Positions 51,859 to 61,560 of a DNA stretch of 64,000 bases are shown here, piece after piece. Made by a program: the position numbers and the translations under genes. Every line of letters begins with the position of its first letter. Within the stretch, counting starts at the first letter, position 1. The notes under the pieces are model-generated. The model ran no database searches. It was not told where the DNA came from and was given only the letters and a program-made list of their open reading frames with translations. This DNA comes from Chthoniobacteraceae bacterium (GTDB lineage: Bacteria; Verrucomicrobiota; Verrucomicrobiia; Chthoniobacterales; Chthoniobacteraceae): contig JBEBGD010000003.1 of assembly GCA_040081625.1 (NCBI GenBank), positions 1-64,000 on the forward strand. The letters run 5' to 3'.

Positions 51859-54800
51859 CTACTGGCTCACTTTCGCGCGCATGAACCGCGAGCCGCCGCT
51901 GCTCATCGGCATCGAGTCGCGCACCCGCAGCAGTGTGCTCGTGTTCTCCTCGATGATGAGTCCGTCGCTGCTCCAGTTCATCGGAACGGTCATGCCGCTG
52001 GTCGCCTCGACTTGAAAAGTCACGCCGCTCGCGTCCGGGTTTTTCGGGATCGCGAGGCGGAGAAACTTGTCGGGCCCGATCGTCGCCTCGTCGAGCGTCC
52101 ACGGCGCGGCATCCATCACGCCTGGAGACAGGCCGACGGCCCACTCGAGGAAATTCGTGAATCCATCGTGCTCGGGATCGGCGCCGGGCGCGGCGTTCGG
52201 GTCGTTCGGGTCGCCGCCGAAGTTCTGCGCCTGCCACTGCTGGAACGCGCTCTCGTAGTGCGTCATGAGCGCATCGCGGAAGGTGACGATGCCCGTATCA
52301 TCCGCGCGCAGGCGCAGCGTGTAGTCGCCGAACTGCGGGAAGCTCGCGCTCGTGTCCACCGCGCTCGTGTTGCCGAACATCACGTTGCCGGGTCCGGCCG
52401 CCTTGCTCCACGTCGTCGCGAGCGAAGTCGGCGCGGGATTCCCATCGTCGATCACCGTCGCGTCGAGTGTCGCGTCGCCGACGGTGGTGAAAGGCAGCGC
52501 GCTCAGGTCGATGTCCGGCCCGATGTTCAGCGGCTCGATGGTCAGGCGGGTGAAAGTGCAGGTGTTCAGCGTGCCGGTCGCGCCGCTCGCGTTGTTCACG
52601 TAGAAGCCGACCCAGACGGGCGTCGTCATGATGACCGTCTGCGCCTGGCCGATCTGCGTCCACGCATTCGGGCCGTTCGTCGCGACGTTGTGCGTGGCGC
52701 GGTAGCCGGTGATGCTGTTGCCACGGCGCACGATGCGCATCCAGTTGCCAGCCGCGATACCGCTGGGCACGCCGCCACCGCCGCCGGCGGCGATGCTCGT
52801 CCAGTAGTAGCCGCTGTAAGCGCCGGTCGGCATTCGTCCGAGATGGAGCTGCGCGCCGCTCTCGATGCTCTCCGCGACGCGGATGCCGCCGCTGCTGCTG
52901 CCCGCGCCGGAGCTGTAGGTGTTCAGCCGCGCGGTGAAGACCATGTCGCCGTAATACTGCCAGCCGTAGAAGTAGCCGGTCGTCGGTCCGGCGAGCGTGT
53001 AAGTGGTGCCGTCGAAGCTGCCGCTGCCCGCCAGGTTCGGCGCGGTGCCGCTGTCCTCATTCACCAAAGCGGGACCTCCCGGCGCGGGCGTGAGCGTCAC
53101 GTTGTCGAAGATCGCGGTGGCGCTGCCGGCGGTGCTGTTGTTCGTCGTCGTGAGGCCGTAGTGCGCGTTCGTGTTGAGCAACGGGATGACGACCGGACTG
53201 CCCACCGCAGTCCACGCGCCGGGAGCGCCGCTGACATCCGGCGCGTAGCTGGCGCTGACTTCGTTCGTGGTCGCGTTGCGCTCGAGCTTGAGCCAGCACG
53301 GCAGCGCCGGCGCGGTCGCGCCCACGCTCGTGTCGTTGCCGGAGGTGGCGCGGGTGCGGAACTGCAAGCCGGTGCCCGGCACGTAGCCGAGCACGGCGCG
53401 AGTCGAGCCGCGTGCGAGGGAATCGCGGATCGTCACGCCCGCGAGCGCGGTGGCGACGTTCAAGCTCGTCAGCCGCGCGACGACGCTGCCATCGCCTGTC
53501 GCAGCGCGGACCATGATGTGCGCCTGGTCGGTGCTCGTGGAGGCGTAGCCGGCGCCGGTGCCCGTGACGCTGAACAGCCCGCCGTATTCGAGCCCCTGCC
53601 CGCGGCGCGCGGAAGACGGCCCGAGATCCTGCGTGATCCAGTTCGACGCCACGAGCCCGCTGCCGGCCACGATGGTGATTTGATCGCTCGCGGTGAACTG
53701 CGTGTCGCTCGCGGTGATGCGCAGCACGTAGGTGCCCGGCGCGGAGAAGGTGACGGCGGTCGTCGCGGCGCTGGGCGATTCGATGCTCGCGGTGCCTGGG
53801 CCGCTCACGCAGCTCCAAGTCGTCGTGAGTGGAGCGGGGAAGCCGTCATCGCTCACGCTCGCGCTGACGATGACGCCATTCGCGGCGGCGATGAGCGGCC
53901 CCTGCGTCGTCGGGCTGTTGATGAAGACGGTGGGCGGGTTGTCGTTGTCCGTGATCGCCACGTTGTCGAACGACTGTGCGCCGATGTCGTAGCTGCCGGT
54001 GTTGAGGGAAATCGTCACGTCCTCCGGCCCCTCGGTCGCCGCATCGTCCACGGGTGCGATGTTGACGACCTTCGACGACTCGCCCCCGACAAACGCGACC
54101 GTTGCCGCCACGTTCGCGTAGTCGGTCGTGTTCGTCGCCGTGCCGGAGATCGTGAGATTAACCGTCAGCGACCCCGTCGTCGGCGCGGTGCGCGTGACGG
54201 TGAACTGCCCGGGATTGCCCGCCGTTTCGGACGCATCGGGATCGTTCGCCACGATCGTGACGGTGCTGCGGTCGTCATCGGCGATGGTCACGGTCGCGTT
54301 CGCTGGCGTGCCGAGCGTGTAGGCAGCGTTGGCGGTGAGGGTCAGGATCACGGTCTCATTCCCTTCGTTCGTCGCGTCCTGGAGCGGCGTCACCGTCACG
54401 GTCGCGTTCGCCTGACCGTCGAGGATGGTGGCGTTGCCAGGCGATGCGATGGCCGTGTAGTCCGTCCCGCTCGCAGCCGTGCCGCTGCGCGTGAAGTTCA
54501 CCACGAGATTGCCCGCGAGCGAACCCGCGCGCGTTATCGTGAACGTCCCCGTGTCGCCGCTCTCCGCCGCGCTCGCGTCGGTCGCGACGATGTTCACGGT
54601 CGGGAAGTCGTCGTCGGTGATCGTGATCGTGTGCGCGCTCGCGCTTCCGAGGTTCAAGTTGGCCGGAGCTTGCAGCGTGACGGTGAAGTTCTCCGCTGAT
54701 TCGACCGCGGCGTTGTCCGTGATGGGCACGGCGATGATCTTCACGCTCTCGCCCGCCGCGAAGTTCAGCGTTCCGGTCGTGGTCGTGTAATCGCCGGGCT

Positions 54801-57800
54801 GCGTCGCGCTGCCGTCGGCGGTGATGAAATCCACGCTGCACGGCGCGGTGGCCGGCGCGCTCAGTGCGACCGCGATCTGCACCGTGCCCGCATTTTCCAC
54901 CACGCTGCTCGCGCCAGTCGCGAAGCCCACGTAGGGCTGCGCGGGCGGGGTGTCGTTGTCGAGGATCGTGTAGCCGTGGTAGCTGAACGTGCCGAGTCCC
55001 GCGCCGAGGGGATTGATGAGCTGGATCGTGATGAGGTTGTCCGGCTCGTCCATCGTGTCGTTCACGACGGTGAACGTGAGGTTCTTCGTCGTCTGGCCCG
55101 GGTCGAACGTGAGCACGCCGGGCGGCAGCACGAAATCCACGCCGGAGCCGAAGGCCGTGGTGTTGCTCTGCAAACGATAGCGCTGCTCCATCGCGCCGCT
55201 TTTCACCCACCCCGTGTGAACGCCGCGCGCATAGTGCGTGCGATCGTCGCGCACCATCACGCCCGCCTGCGCGCCGTTCGCACCGCCGGTGAGCGAGGTC
55301 ACGCGCGCGATCAGGGTGAAGTCGCCCGTGACCTCCGTGCTGGGAAAATGCGCCTCGTCGCTGCCGGTGGCGATGCCCGCGCCGCTGCCGGTCACCGTCC
55401 ACACACCGGCGTTGTGGCTTTCGTCGCCCTGCGCGTTAACAAAGCCGATGGTGCGGCCGCCGAGCGTGGTCAGCGGGCTCCCGTTGAGCGTCACATTGTC
55501 AAAGGTGGCCGTGGCGAGCGCTCCGTCGCTGGCGGCGGAGACCGCGAGGCCGGCGAACACCTTCGGTGCGAAGGCGATGCCCGGTGCCGTGCCGAAATCC
55601 GTCCAGCTCACGCCATCGCGGGAGAAGCTCTGGGTGAAGACACTGCCCGCGCGGACGGTGCGCGCCCACATCGGCGGCACATGCCCGGTGAAGGCGCTGC
55701 TCAGCGTGGCTGTAGCGCCGGCACCGGTGCGGTGGAGCGTGTAGAAGTTTCCAGCGGCGACGCCGGTGCCCAGTGAGGAGGCGTGAACAGCGTTGCCCGC
55801 CGTCGAGGCGCGCAGCATCACTCCCGCGCGTGAACTCGTGGAGCCGCTGTTGCCCACGCTGGTGATCCGGGCGGTGACGGTGCAGTTCGCGGAGCCGTTG
55901 ACCGGAAGATACACGAAGCGGAAATTGTCCGCCGTGCTGTTGGTGAGGCCGTTGCCGGAGTTCGTGAAAGTGTAAACGCCGGACGAGGACGAACTGCCGC
56001 CCGTGACCGTGCCAATACTCGCCGCCACCTCCGCGCCGGTGCTGCCGCCTGAGAGGTTGCTGACGCTGAAGTTATCGATGGTGGTCGTGTATTGCGTCGT
56101 CGATCCAGGCGCGAAAACGATGCCTGCGAGGTAGCTCGTGTCGCCGAGGCCGGAAACCGCCACCGCGCTGCCTCGCTCCGTCCAAATCTGCCCGTCGTGC
56201 GACTGGAAAAAGGCCACAGTAGTTCCCGTCTTCACGAGCCGGACCCAGTGCGGCACGGCGCTGCTTGTGTTGGACGCACTCGATCCCGTGCTGAAGGCGC
56301 CCGTCTGATATTCCACCGTCACCGGCGACGCCTGCGCGGAGGAGAGCACCACGGGGATGTTCACGGTCGTCACGCTCTCGCTGCCGGTGGAGCTGGGTGC
56401 CTGGAAGCCGACGGTCGCGGTGACGGTGTCGTTGTCGGTGATATACATCACCGCGCCGACGCCGCGCGCATAGGCGCCGGGCGCGAAGTCGAACAGGATC
56501 GTCTCGGTGCCCTCGAAGGTCGTGTCGTTCGCGACGGTGATGGGCACATCCACGCCCGTCGCGCCCGCCGGGATCGTGACGCTGGCCGGCGCGGTGTAAT
56601 CCACGCCGCCGCCCGTCGCGGTGCCGCTGTAGCTGCAATTCACCGTGACCGCCGAGGTCGTGCTGCCGAGGCGGGAAACGTAAAACTTCACCGGCGTGGT
56701 CGTCGCGCCCTCGGTGAAGCTGATCGCGCCGCTGGTGCCGACCTGCGTGTCCACGACGAGCGTGTTCACGTTGTCATCATCGCGCAGCCAGGCCGTGGCG
56801 CTCGTTGTGGGCGCGTAGGTTTGATAATCGACAGTCGGCGAGAGCGTGACGGAGATGGTCTCGAAATCCTCTGGCTCCGTGTCGTTCACCGGCCAGCAGA
56901 TCAGATCGAATGTCGGTGCGTTCTGCGGGATCGTCGCGCTGGCAGGCGAGCCGGAAGTGTCCACCGACCGTGCCTCGTAAACGCTGCCGCTGTCGCCGCT
57001 GACCCACACGTTATCCGCGTTCGCACCGGACACGGCTTGGAAGGACGGGTTGTTTGTCGTCACGCGGGATGAAGACCATGAGGAGCCGTCCAGCGTGCGC
57101 AGCAGCATACCGCTTGATCCGCTGATCCACACGCTGCTGGCATCGCTGCCCCAGATGCCGTTGAGATCCTGCGTCACGCCGGAGGTCTGCGCCGTCCATG
57201 TGGTGCCGTTGCCTTTCAAGATGACGCCGCCGACGCCCACGGCCCACAGATTCGTGGCGGAGCTGCCCCAGACGCCGCGCAGGTTGCCCGTGGTGCCGGA
57301 GGTCTGCGCGGCCCACGCGGTGCCGTTCCATTTCAAAATGGTGCCGGCATCGCCCACGGCCCACACGTTGTTCGCGTCACTCCCCCAGACGGCGTAGAGG
57401 TTGGTCGTCGTGCCGGAGGTTTGAGCTGACCAACTTGTGCCATCCGTCGAGCGGCGGATCGTGCCGGTGTTGCCCACGGTCCACAGGCTCGTCGCACTGC
57501 TGCCCCAAATGCCGCGCAGGGTGTTCGTCGTGCCGGAGGTTTGAATCACCCATGCGGAGCCGTCGCCTTTAACGATGCGCCCGGAGTCACCCACGGCCCA
57601 CAGGCTCGTGGCGCTGCTGCCCCAGATGCCGCGCAGGTTGTTGGTGGTGCCGGAAGTCTGCGTCGCCCACGTCGCGCCGTTTCCTTTCAGGATGCGGCCG
57701 GCATCGCCCACCGCCCATAGGTTCGTGGCATCGGCGATCCACAGGCCGCGCAAGCTGGTGGTGATGCCGGAGGTCTGCGCGCCCCAGGCCGTGAGTTTGT

Positions 57801-60800
57801 AGTCTGTGGCCTGATCGGCCGTGCCGCCGACCGACAACTCGATGGGAATCGCCGTGCCGCTCGAGCCGCCGCGCACGGTGAGACGGAAGTTCGCGCTCGT
57901 GCTGCCCTCAACGGCGTTCACGGTGTTCACCACGTCGATGTAAGGCGTGTCGCCGGCGGCGTCGGTGATGTTCACCGTCGCGCTGTTGCCCGTGCCGAGG
58001 ATGTAATTGGTCGCGCTCGCGCCGAGCGTGAGCACGCACTGCTCGACGCCCTCGCCCACGCCGTCGAAACGCGGCACGATCGTGACCGCCGCCGAATCCT
58101 GGCCCGCGGGGATCTGGATCAAGCCGGGCATCCACTCGAAGTCCACGCCGTGCAGCGCCATCACACCGCTGGCGTTCGTTCCGGAGAATGCATAGTAGAT
58201 CGTGAGCGGCTGGCTCGTGTCGCCGGTGCGCGAAACGAGGAACGTCCCCGTGTCGGCGGCGGCGCCGGGGATGCTCAGGTCCACCTCCGTGGCCGTCGTG
58301 TCCGTCGCGGTGACGCTCACCGTTTGCAGATCGTCGTCGTAAATGCTCGCGGTGCCCGTCGTGGCCAGCGTGTCGATGATGTAAGCCGCGTTCGTGCTGA
58401 GCGTGAGGATCGCCGTCTCGATCGATTCGGAGAGCGAGTCATCCAGCGGTGCGACTTCGACCGTCGCGGAAGCCAAGCCGGACGGGATCGTCACGCTGCC
58501 GCTCAGCGCGGTGAAATCGCTCCCGCTCGTCGCCGTGCCGGTCACGGCGTAATTCACCGTCAGCCCCGCCGCGGTGCTTCCCGTGCGCGAGACCGTGAAG
58601 ACCGCGGGCGACGCACTGTTTTCCGTCGTCGTGGCCGTCGTTGCGGCGAGGCTCACTTTCGGCAGCAAGGTGTCGTCGTCCTCGATCACGACCATGGCGC
58701 TGGACGCGGAGCCGACGAGGTAGCCGTTGCCCGGCCCGAGTTGCAAAATGACCGTCTCCGGTCCTTCGCTCGACGCATCGACGACCGGCGTCACGATGAT
58801 GTCGAGCATGTCGGAGTCCGCCGGGATCGTGAAGGTGCTGAAGCCTTGCGAACCGGTCACATAGTCCGGCGTGAAGGTGTAGTCGGTCGTCTTCGTCGCG
58901 CCGCCGAGAGCGGTGTTCACATTCACGACGAGATCCTGAGAGGTGTCGCCCGTGCGCGTGACTCGGAACGCGCCCGGCGTGACCGGCGCGAGTTCGTTCG
59001 CGCTCGGAGCCGGCGCGGAGATCGTCACCACGCTTTGCGCAGAGGCCTCGAACTCCGCGCCGCTGAAGCTCGGCCCGACGACGATGCTGTTATTAAACAG
59101 CTCGCTGAACGTGTAGCCGTAGAGCAGCGGCGTGAGCGTGTAGGTGTTCGCGCTCAGGTTCGGGATCGTGAAGTAGCCATCCGCGTCCGAGATCACGCCG
59201 TTCGCGTTGTTCGCGGTGACGACGACATCTTGCAGCCCCTGCCCGAGCAGCGTCACGCGGCCGCTGATGGTGAAGGTCGCCGCCGAGCCCACGGTGATGA
59301 GCTTGTTGCGCGTCACCGTGCCGCCCTTCATGTCGCTGGCCGTGCAGGTGACGATGAACGTGCCCGCCGCAGTGAACTGCCGCGTGATCACGTTCGAGTT
59401 CGGCGACACGATCTGCGTGCCGCCGCCGAAATGCTGCCAGTTGAAAGCCAGCGGATCGCTGTCGGGATCGTTGGCCGTGGCGGTGAAGGTCACCGTGCCA
59501 TTCAGCGGGATCACCTCCGCGCTGGCGGCGAGCGACATCGTCGGCGGCTGATTGCCGGGGGAGCTGCCGAGGTTCACTTGCACGTCGAGATAACGCGGAC
59601 TGTCACTTGCCGCCACGGCGGTGACGTAGATGCCGCTCTCGGTGTCGCCAAACGTGGCCCCGAGCGAGATGGGCGCGTCGGTTTTTCCGTAAGGTGAGCC
59701 GTTGGTCGTGTCGATGAGCTGGAAATTTCCGCCGCCGCCGCTCGGGAAGCGCCAGCCGAAGACGAGGCCGTTTTTCGCGAAGGGATTGCTGTCGAAAAGC
59801 GATCGCACCATGCCCCAGTAGGTGCGCTGCACGTCCTTCTGGATCGTCAGCGCATAGCGTTTCGACGCATCGAGCGAGCCCTGATCAAACGCATGGATGC
59901 GGTAGAGCCCGCTCTGAGTCACGGGCTGCAAAAAGGCGCCCGGCAGCCAGCGGATCTGGTTTTTTCCCTGCGCATTGTAGTGGCCCGGCGGCGTGCCCGC
60001 GCCGCCCATCACATCGTAGCTGTCGCCGTATTCGTTGTTCGCGCCGTTGCCGATGCTGCTCGTGCCTGCGGTGTCCCAGAAATTCGAGTGCCCGAGCCCG
60101 AAGCAGTGCCCGATCTCGTGCGCCCACAGGCTCACGCTATCGCTGCGGCACCACACCGTGCTGCCGCCCGCGAGCCCGCCGTAACTGCCGGGGCCGCCAT
60201 TGTGCCGCATCACCACGCAGTCGTAGTCGCTGGAGTCGAAGCCGAGCTTCCGTGCTTCGTTCCGCGCGTCCACATGCGAGATGCTCGTGCCGCCGATGTC
60301 GCCGCCATTGCTCGTGTCGCGGTTCACATACCACGCTTCGTTGTGCGGCAGCTTCACCGGCGGTGTGACGACGCCGACGAGCGACAGCCGGCCATACGAA
60401 GCCTTCGCGTAATGATCCGCCACGTCGCGCAGCGTCGTATAGAGCGCCGCCTCGGTGGAAGGGATCGCGTTTTGATCCGCGTAGGTCGTCGGGATCACGA
60501 GCACTTTCACCTGACCAAGCGCGGGAGTCGGGGTGGACGGCAGGATGCCGGAAAACGCGAACGAACCGCCCGTGACGCCTTCGCCGTAGAGGATGGTCTC
60601 GTTTTGCATCGCGATGTGCGAGCCGTCGCAGAACGTGATGATCTCCACCGGCGTCTCGACCGCGGGCAAACTCTCCGGCACCACGCTCGGCACGCTCGCG
60701 GGATCGAGCACGATCTTCCCCGACACCGGGCACTCGGACACGACCGGCTTGCCCGGCGGCATGTTTTCCCCCGCCTCGAGCCGCCGCGTCGGTTGGTCGC

Positions 60801-61407
60801 TGACCGCAAATTCCGAGTCCACCGCCACGCCGTTCACAAACGCGCCCGCCGTCCACGTGAGCTTCTGCTCGCGCTGGCCATACACGTAGGCGCGGTAAGT
60901 CCCGCCGCCCTTCAGCTCGACCTCGCGATACGTCGGCACCGGCGGATCACCGGGATTCAGCGGCACGCCCTGCATCACACGCAGCGCGCCGATGTCGTTG
61001 ATGCGCCGTTCGAGCTGCGCGAGCACGATCGGCGGAAGCTCCTGTCGCACGACCATCGGCACCGCCTGCTCGATCGCCGCGCGCGGGTCGTCCTGGATGA
61101 GTTGCTTGAAGACCGGACGCCGCTCGCTCGCGAGCCGCACGCCTTCCGTCACGAGCGCCTGCCGGTGCTCGCGCGGCGTGGCGAGAAAGCGACCGGTCCA
61201 GTCGCTGAAAGCGGGCACCGCTTCGCCGCCCTGCACGACCGGCTGCGCGGCCGGTCGCGCCTTTGCTACTTCCATCCGCCCGGAGTCCAGCGCGGTGGTC
61301 AGGATCGCGGGTGCCTGCGGAGCAACGGCTCGATCTTCCCAAAGCAGAAAAACGACAGCGCCAAAGACGATGGCAACGAGTGAAGCGAGGAGAAGGCGGT
61401 AGCGCAC
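51859..61407 (-). CDS. Giant surface protein B (3182 aa), paralog of A with an added 7-repeat propeller and extra ConA-like domains
   Basis: HEIGHCFGLGH and YDVMG; about 9 Calx-beta units; W.AQTSGTT.NL.G.WGS repeats; same RFMRAKVSQ terminus; GTG start. Confidence 0.88.
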   Translation of the reverse strand: MRYRLLLASLVAIVFGAVVFLLWEDRAVAPQAPAILTTALDSGRMEVAKARPAAQPVVQGGEAVPAFSDWTGRFLATPREHRQALVTEGVRLASERRPVFKQLIQDDPRAAIEQAVPMVVRQELPPIVLAQLERRINDIGALRVMQGVPLNPGDPPVPTYREVELKGGGTYRAYVYGQREQKLTWTAGAFVNGVAVDSEFAVSDQPTRRLEAGENMPPGKPVVSECPVSGKIVLDPASVPSVVPESLPAVETPVEIITFCDGSHIAMQNETILYGEGVTGGSFAFSGILPSTPTPALGQVKVLVIPTTYADQNAIPSTEAALYTTLRDVADHYAKASYGRLSLVGVVTPPVKLPHNEAWYVNRDTSNGGDIGGTSISHVDARNEARKLGFDSSDYDCVVMRHNGGPGSYGGLAGGSTVWCRSDSVSLWAHEIGHCFGLGHSNFWDTAGTSSIGNGANNEYGDSYDVMGGAGTPPGHYNAQGKNQIRWLPGAFLQPVTQSGLYRIHAFDQGSLDASKRYALTIQKDVQRTYWGMVRSLFDSNPFAKNGLVFGWRFPSGGGGNFQLIDTTNGSPYGKTDAPISLGATFGDTESGIYVTAVAASDSPRYLDVQVNLGSSPGNQPPTMSLAASAEVIPLNGTVTFTATANDPDSDPLAFNWQHFGGGTQIVSPNSNVITRQFTAAGTFIVTCTASDMKGGTVTRNKLITVGSAATFTISGRVTLLGQGLQDVVVTANNANGVISDADGYFTIPNLSANTYTLTPLLYGYTFSELFNNSIVVGPSFSGAEFEASAQSVVTISAPAPSANELAPVTPGAFRVTRTGDTSQDLVVNVNTALGGATKTTDYTFTPDYVTGSQGFSTFTIPADSDMLDIIVTPVVDASSEGPETVILQLGPGNGYLVGSASSAMVVIEDDDTLLPKVSLAATTATTTENSASPAVFTVSRTGSTAAGLTVNYAVTGTATSGSDFTALSGSVTIPSGLASATVEVAPLDDSLSESIETAILTLSTNAAYIIDTLATTGTASIYDDDLQTVSVTATDTTATEVDLSIPGAAADTGTFLVSRTGDTSQPLTIYYAFSGTNASGVMALHGVDFEWMPGLIQIPAGQDSAAVTIVPRFDGVGEGVEQCVLTLGASATNYILGTGNSATVNITDAAGDTPYIDVVNTVNAVEGSTSANFRLTVRGGSSGTAIPIELSVGGTADQATDYKLTAWGAQTSGITTSLRGLWIADATNLWAVGDAGRILKGNGATWATQTSGTTNNLRGIWGSSATSLWAVGDSGRIVKGDGSAWVIQTSGTTNTLRGIWGSSATSLWTVGNTGTIRRSTDGTSWSAQTSGTTTNLYAVWGSDANNVWAVGDAGTILKWNGTAWAAQTSGTTGNLRGVWGSSATNLWAVGVGGVILKGNGTTWTAQTSGVTQDLNGIWGSDASSVWISGSSGMLLRTLDGSSWSSSRVTTNNPSFQAVSGANADNVWVSGDSGSVYEARSVDTSGSPASATIPQNAPTFDLICWPVNDTEPEDFETISVTLSPTVDYQTYAPTTSATAWLRDDDNVNTLVVDTQVGTSGAISFTEGATTTPVKFYVSRLGSTTSAVTVNCSYSGTATGGGVDYTAPASVTIPAGATGVDVPITVANDTTFEGTETILFDFAPGAYARGVGAVMYITDNDTVTATVGFQAPSSTGSESVTTVNIPVVLSSAQASPVTVEYQTGAFSTGSSASNTSSAVPHWVRLVKTGTTVAFFQSHDGQIWTERGSAVAVSGLGDTSYLAGIVFAPGSTTQYTTTIDNFSVSNLSGGSTGAEVAASIGTVTGGSSSSSGVYTFTNSGNGLTNSTADNFRFVYLPVNGSANCTVTARITSVGNSGSTSSRAGVMLRASTAGNAVHASSLGTGVAAGNFYTLHRTGAGATATLSSAFTGHVPPMWARTVRAGSVFTQSFSRDGVSWTDFGTAPGIAFAPKVFAGLAVSAASDGALATATFDNVTLNGSPLTTLGGRTIGFVNAQGDESHNAGVWTVTGSGAGIATGSDEAHFPSTEVTGDFTLIARVTSLTGGANGAQAGVMVRDDRTHYARGVHTGWVKSGAMEQRYRLQSNTTAFGSGVDFVLPPGVLTFDPGQTTKNLTFTVVNDTMDEPDNLITIQLINPLGAGLGTFSYHGYTILDNDTPPAQPYVGFATGASSVVENAGTVQIAVALSAPATAPCSVDFITADGSATQPGDYTTTTGTLNFAAGESVKIIAVPITDNAAVESAENFTVTLQAPANLNLGSASAHTITITDDDFPTVNIVATDASAAESGDTGTFTITRAGSLAGNLVVNFTRSGTAASGTDYTAIASPGNATILDGQANATVTVTPLQDATNEGNETVILTLTANAAYTLGTPANATVTIADDDRSTVTIVANDPDASETAGNPGQFTVTRTAPTTGSLTVNLTISGTATNTTDYANVAATVAFVGGESSKVVNIAPVDDAATEGPEDVTISLNTGSYDIGAQSFDNVAITDNDNPPTVFINSPTTQGPLIAAANGVIVSASVSDDGFPAPLTTTWSCVSGPGTASIESPSAATTAVTFSAPGTYVLRITASDTQFTASDQITIVAGSGLVASNWITQDLGPSSARRGQGLEYGGLFSVTGTGAGYASTSTDQAHIMVRAATGDGSVVARLTSLNVATALAGVTIRDSLARGSTRAVLGYVPGTGLQFRTRATSGNDTSVGATAPALPCWLKLERNATTNEVSASYAPDVSGAPGAWTAVGSPVVIPLLNTNAHYGLTTTNNSTAGSATAIFDNVTLTPAPGGPALVNEDSGTAPNLAGSGSFDGTTYTLAGPTTGYFYGWQYYGDMVFTARLNTYSSGAGSSSGGIRVAESIESGAQLHLGRMPTGAYSGYYWTSIAAGGGGGVPSGIAAGNWMRIVRRGNSITGYRATHNVATNGPNAWTQIGQAQTVIMTTPVWVGFYVNNASGATGTLNTCTFTRLTIEPLNIGPDIDLSALPFTTVGDATLDATVIDDGNPAPTSLATTWSKAAGPGNVMFGNTSAVDTSASFPQFGDYTLRLRADDTGIVTFRDALMTHYESAFQQWQAQNFGGDPNDPNAAPGADPEHDGFTNFLEWAVGLSPGVMDAAPWTLDEATIGPDKFLRLAIPKNPDASGVTFQVEATSGMTVPMNWSSDGLIIEENTSTLLRVRDSMPMSSGGSRFMRAKVSQ
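56950..57792 (-). repeat. Seven intragenic tandem repeats of about 117-120 nt (39-40 aa beta-propeller blades)
   Basis: Units such as ATWATQTSGTTNNLRGIWGSSATSLWAVGDSGRIVKGDG; recurring plus-strand gccggaggtytg. Confidence 0.85.
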
Positions 61408-61560
61408 GGTTGGGAGGAGGCGGGAGGCGTAAGTATTTCGGCGACAAGCCGGTTTAACGCAACTCGCATCCGGCGTTTCAACTTACGGCCTGCGCCGCGC
61501 GCCTACCGCTTTGGCGAGTGGACGTTTCCGACGCTTTCCGCTGCCTTTCCCGCCCCTGCC

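Noticed and set aside
56950..57792. Regularly spaced DNA repeats as a possible CRISPR array
   Set aside because: Repeats are in-frame, degenerate at third codon positions, lack unique spacers, and no cas genes are present.
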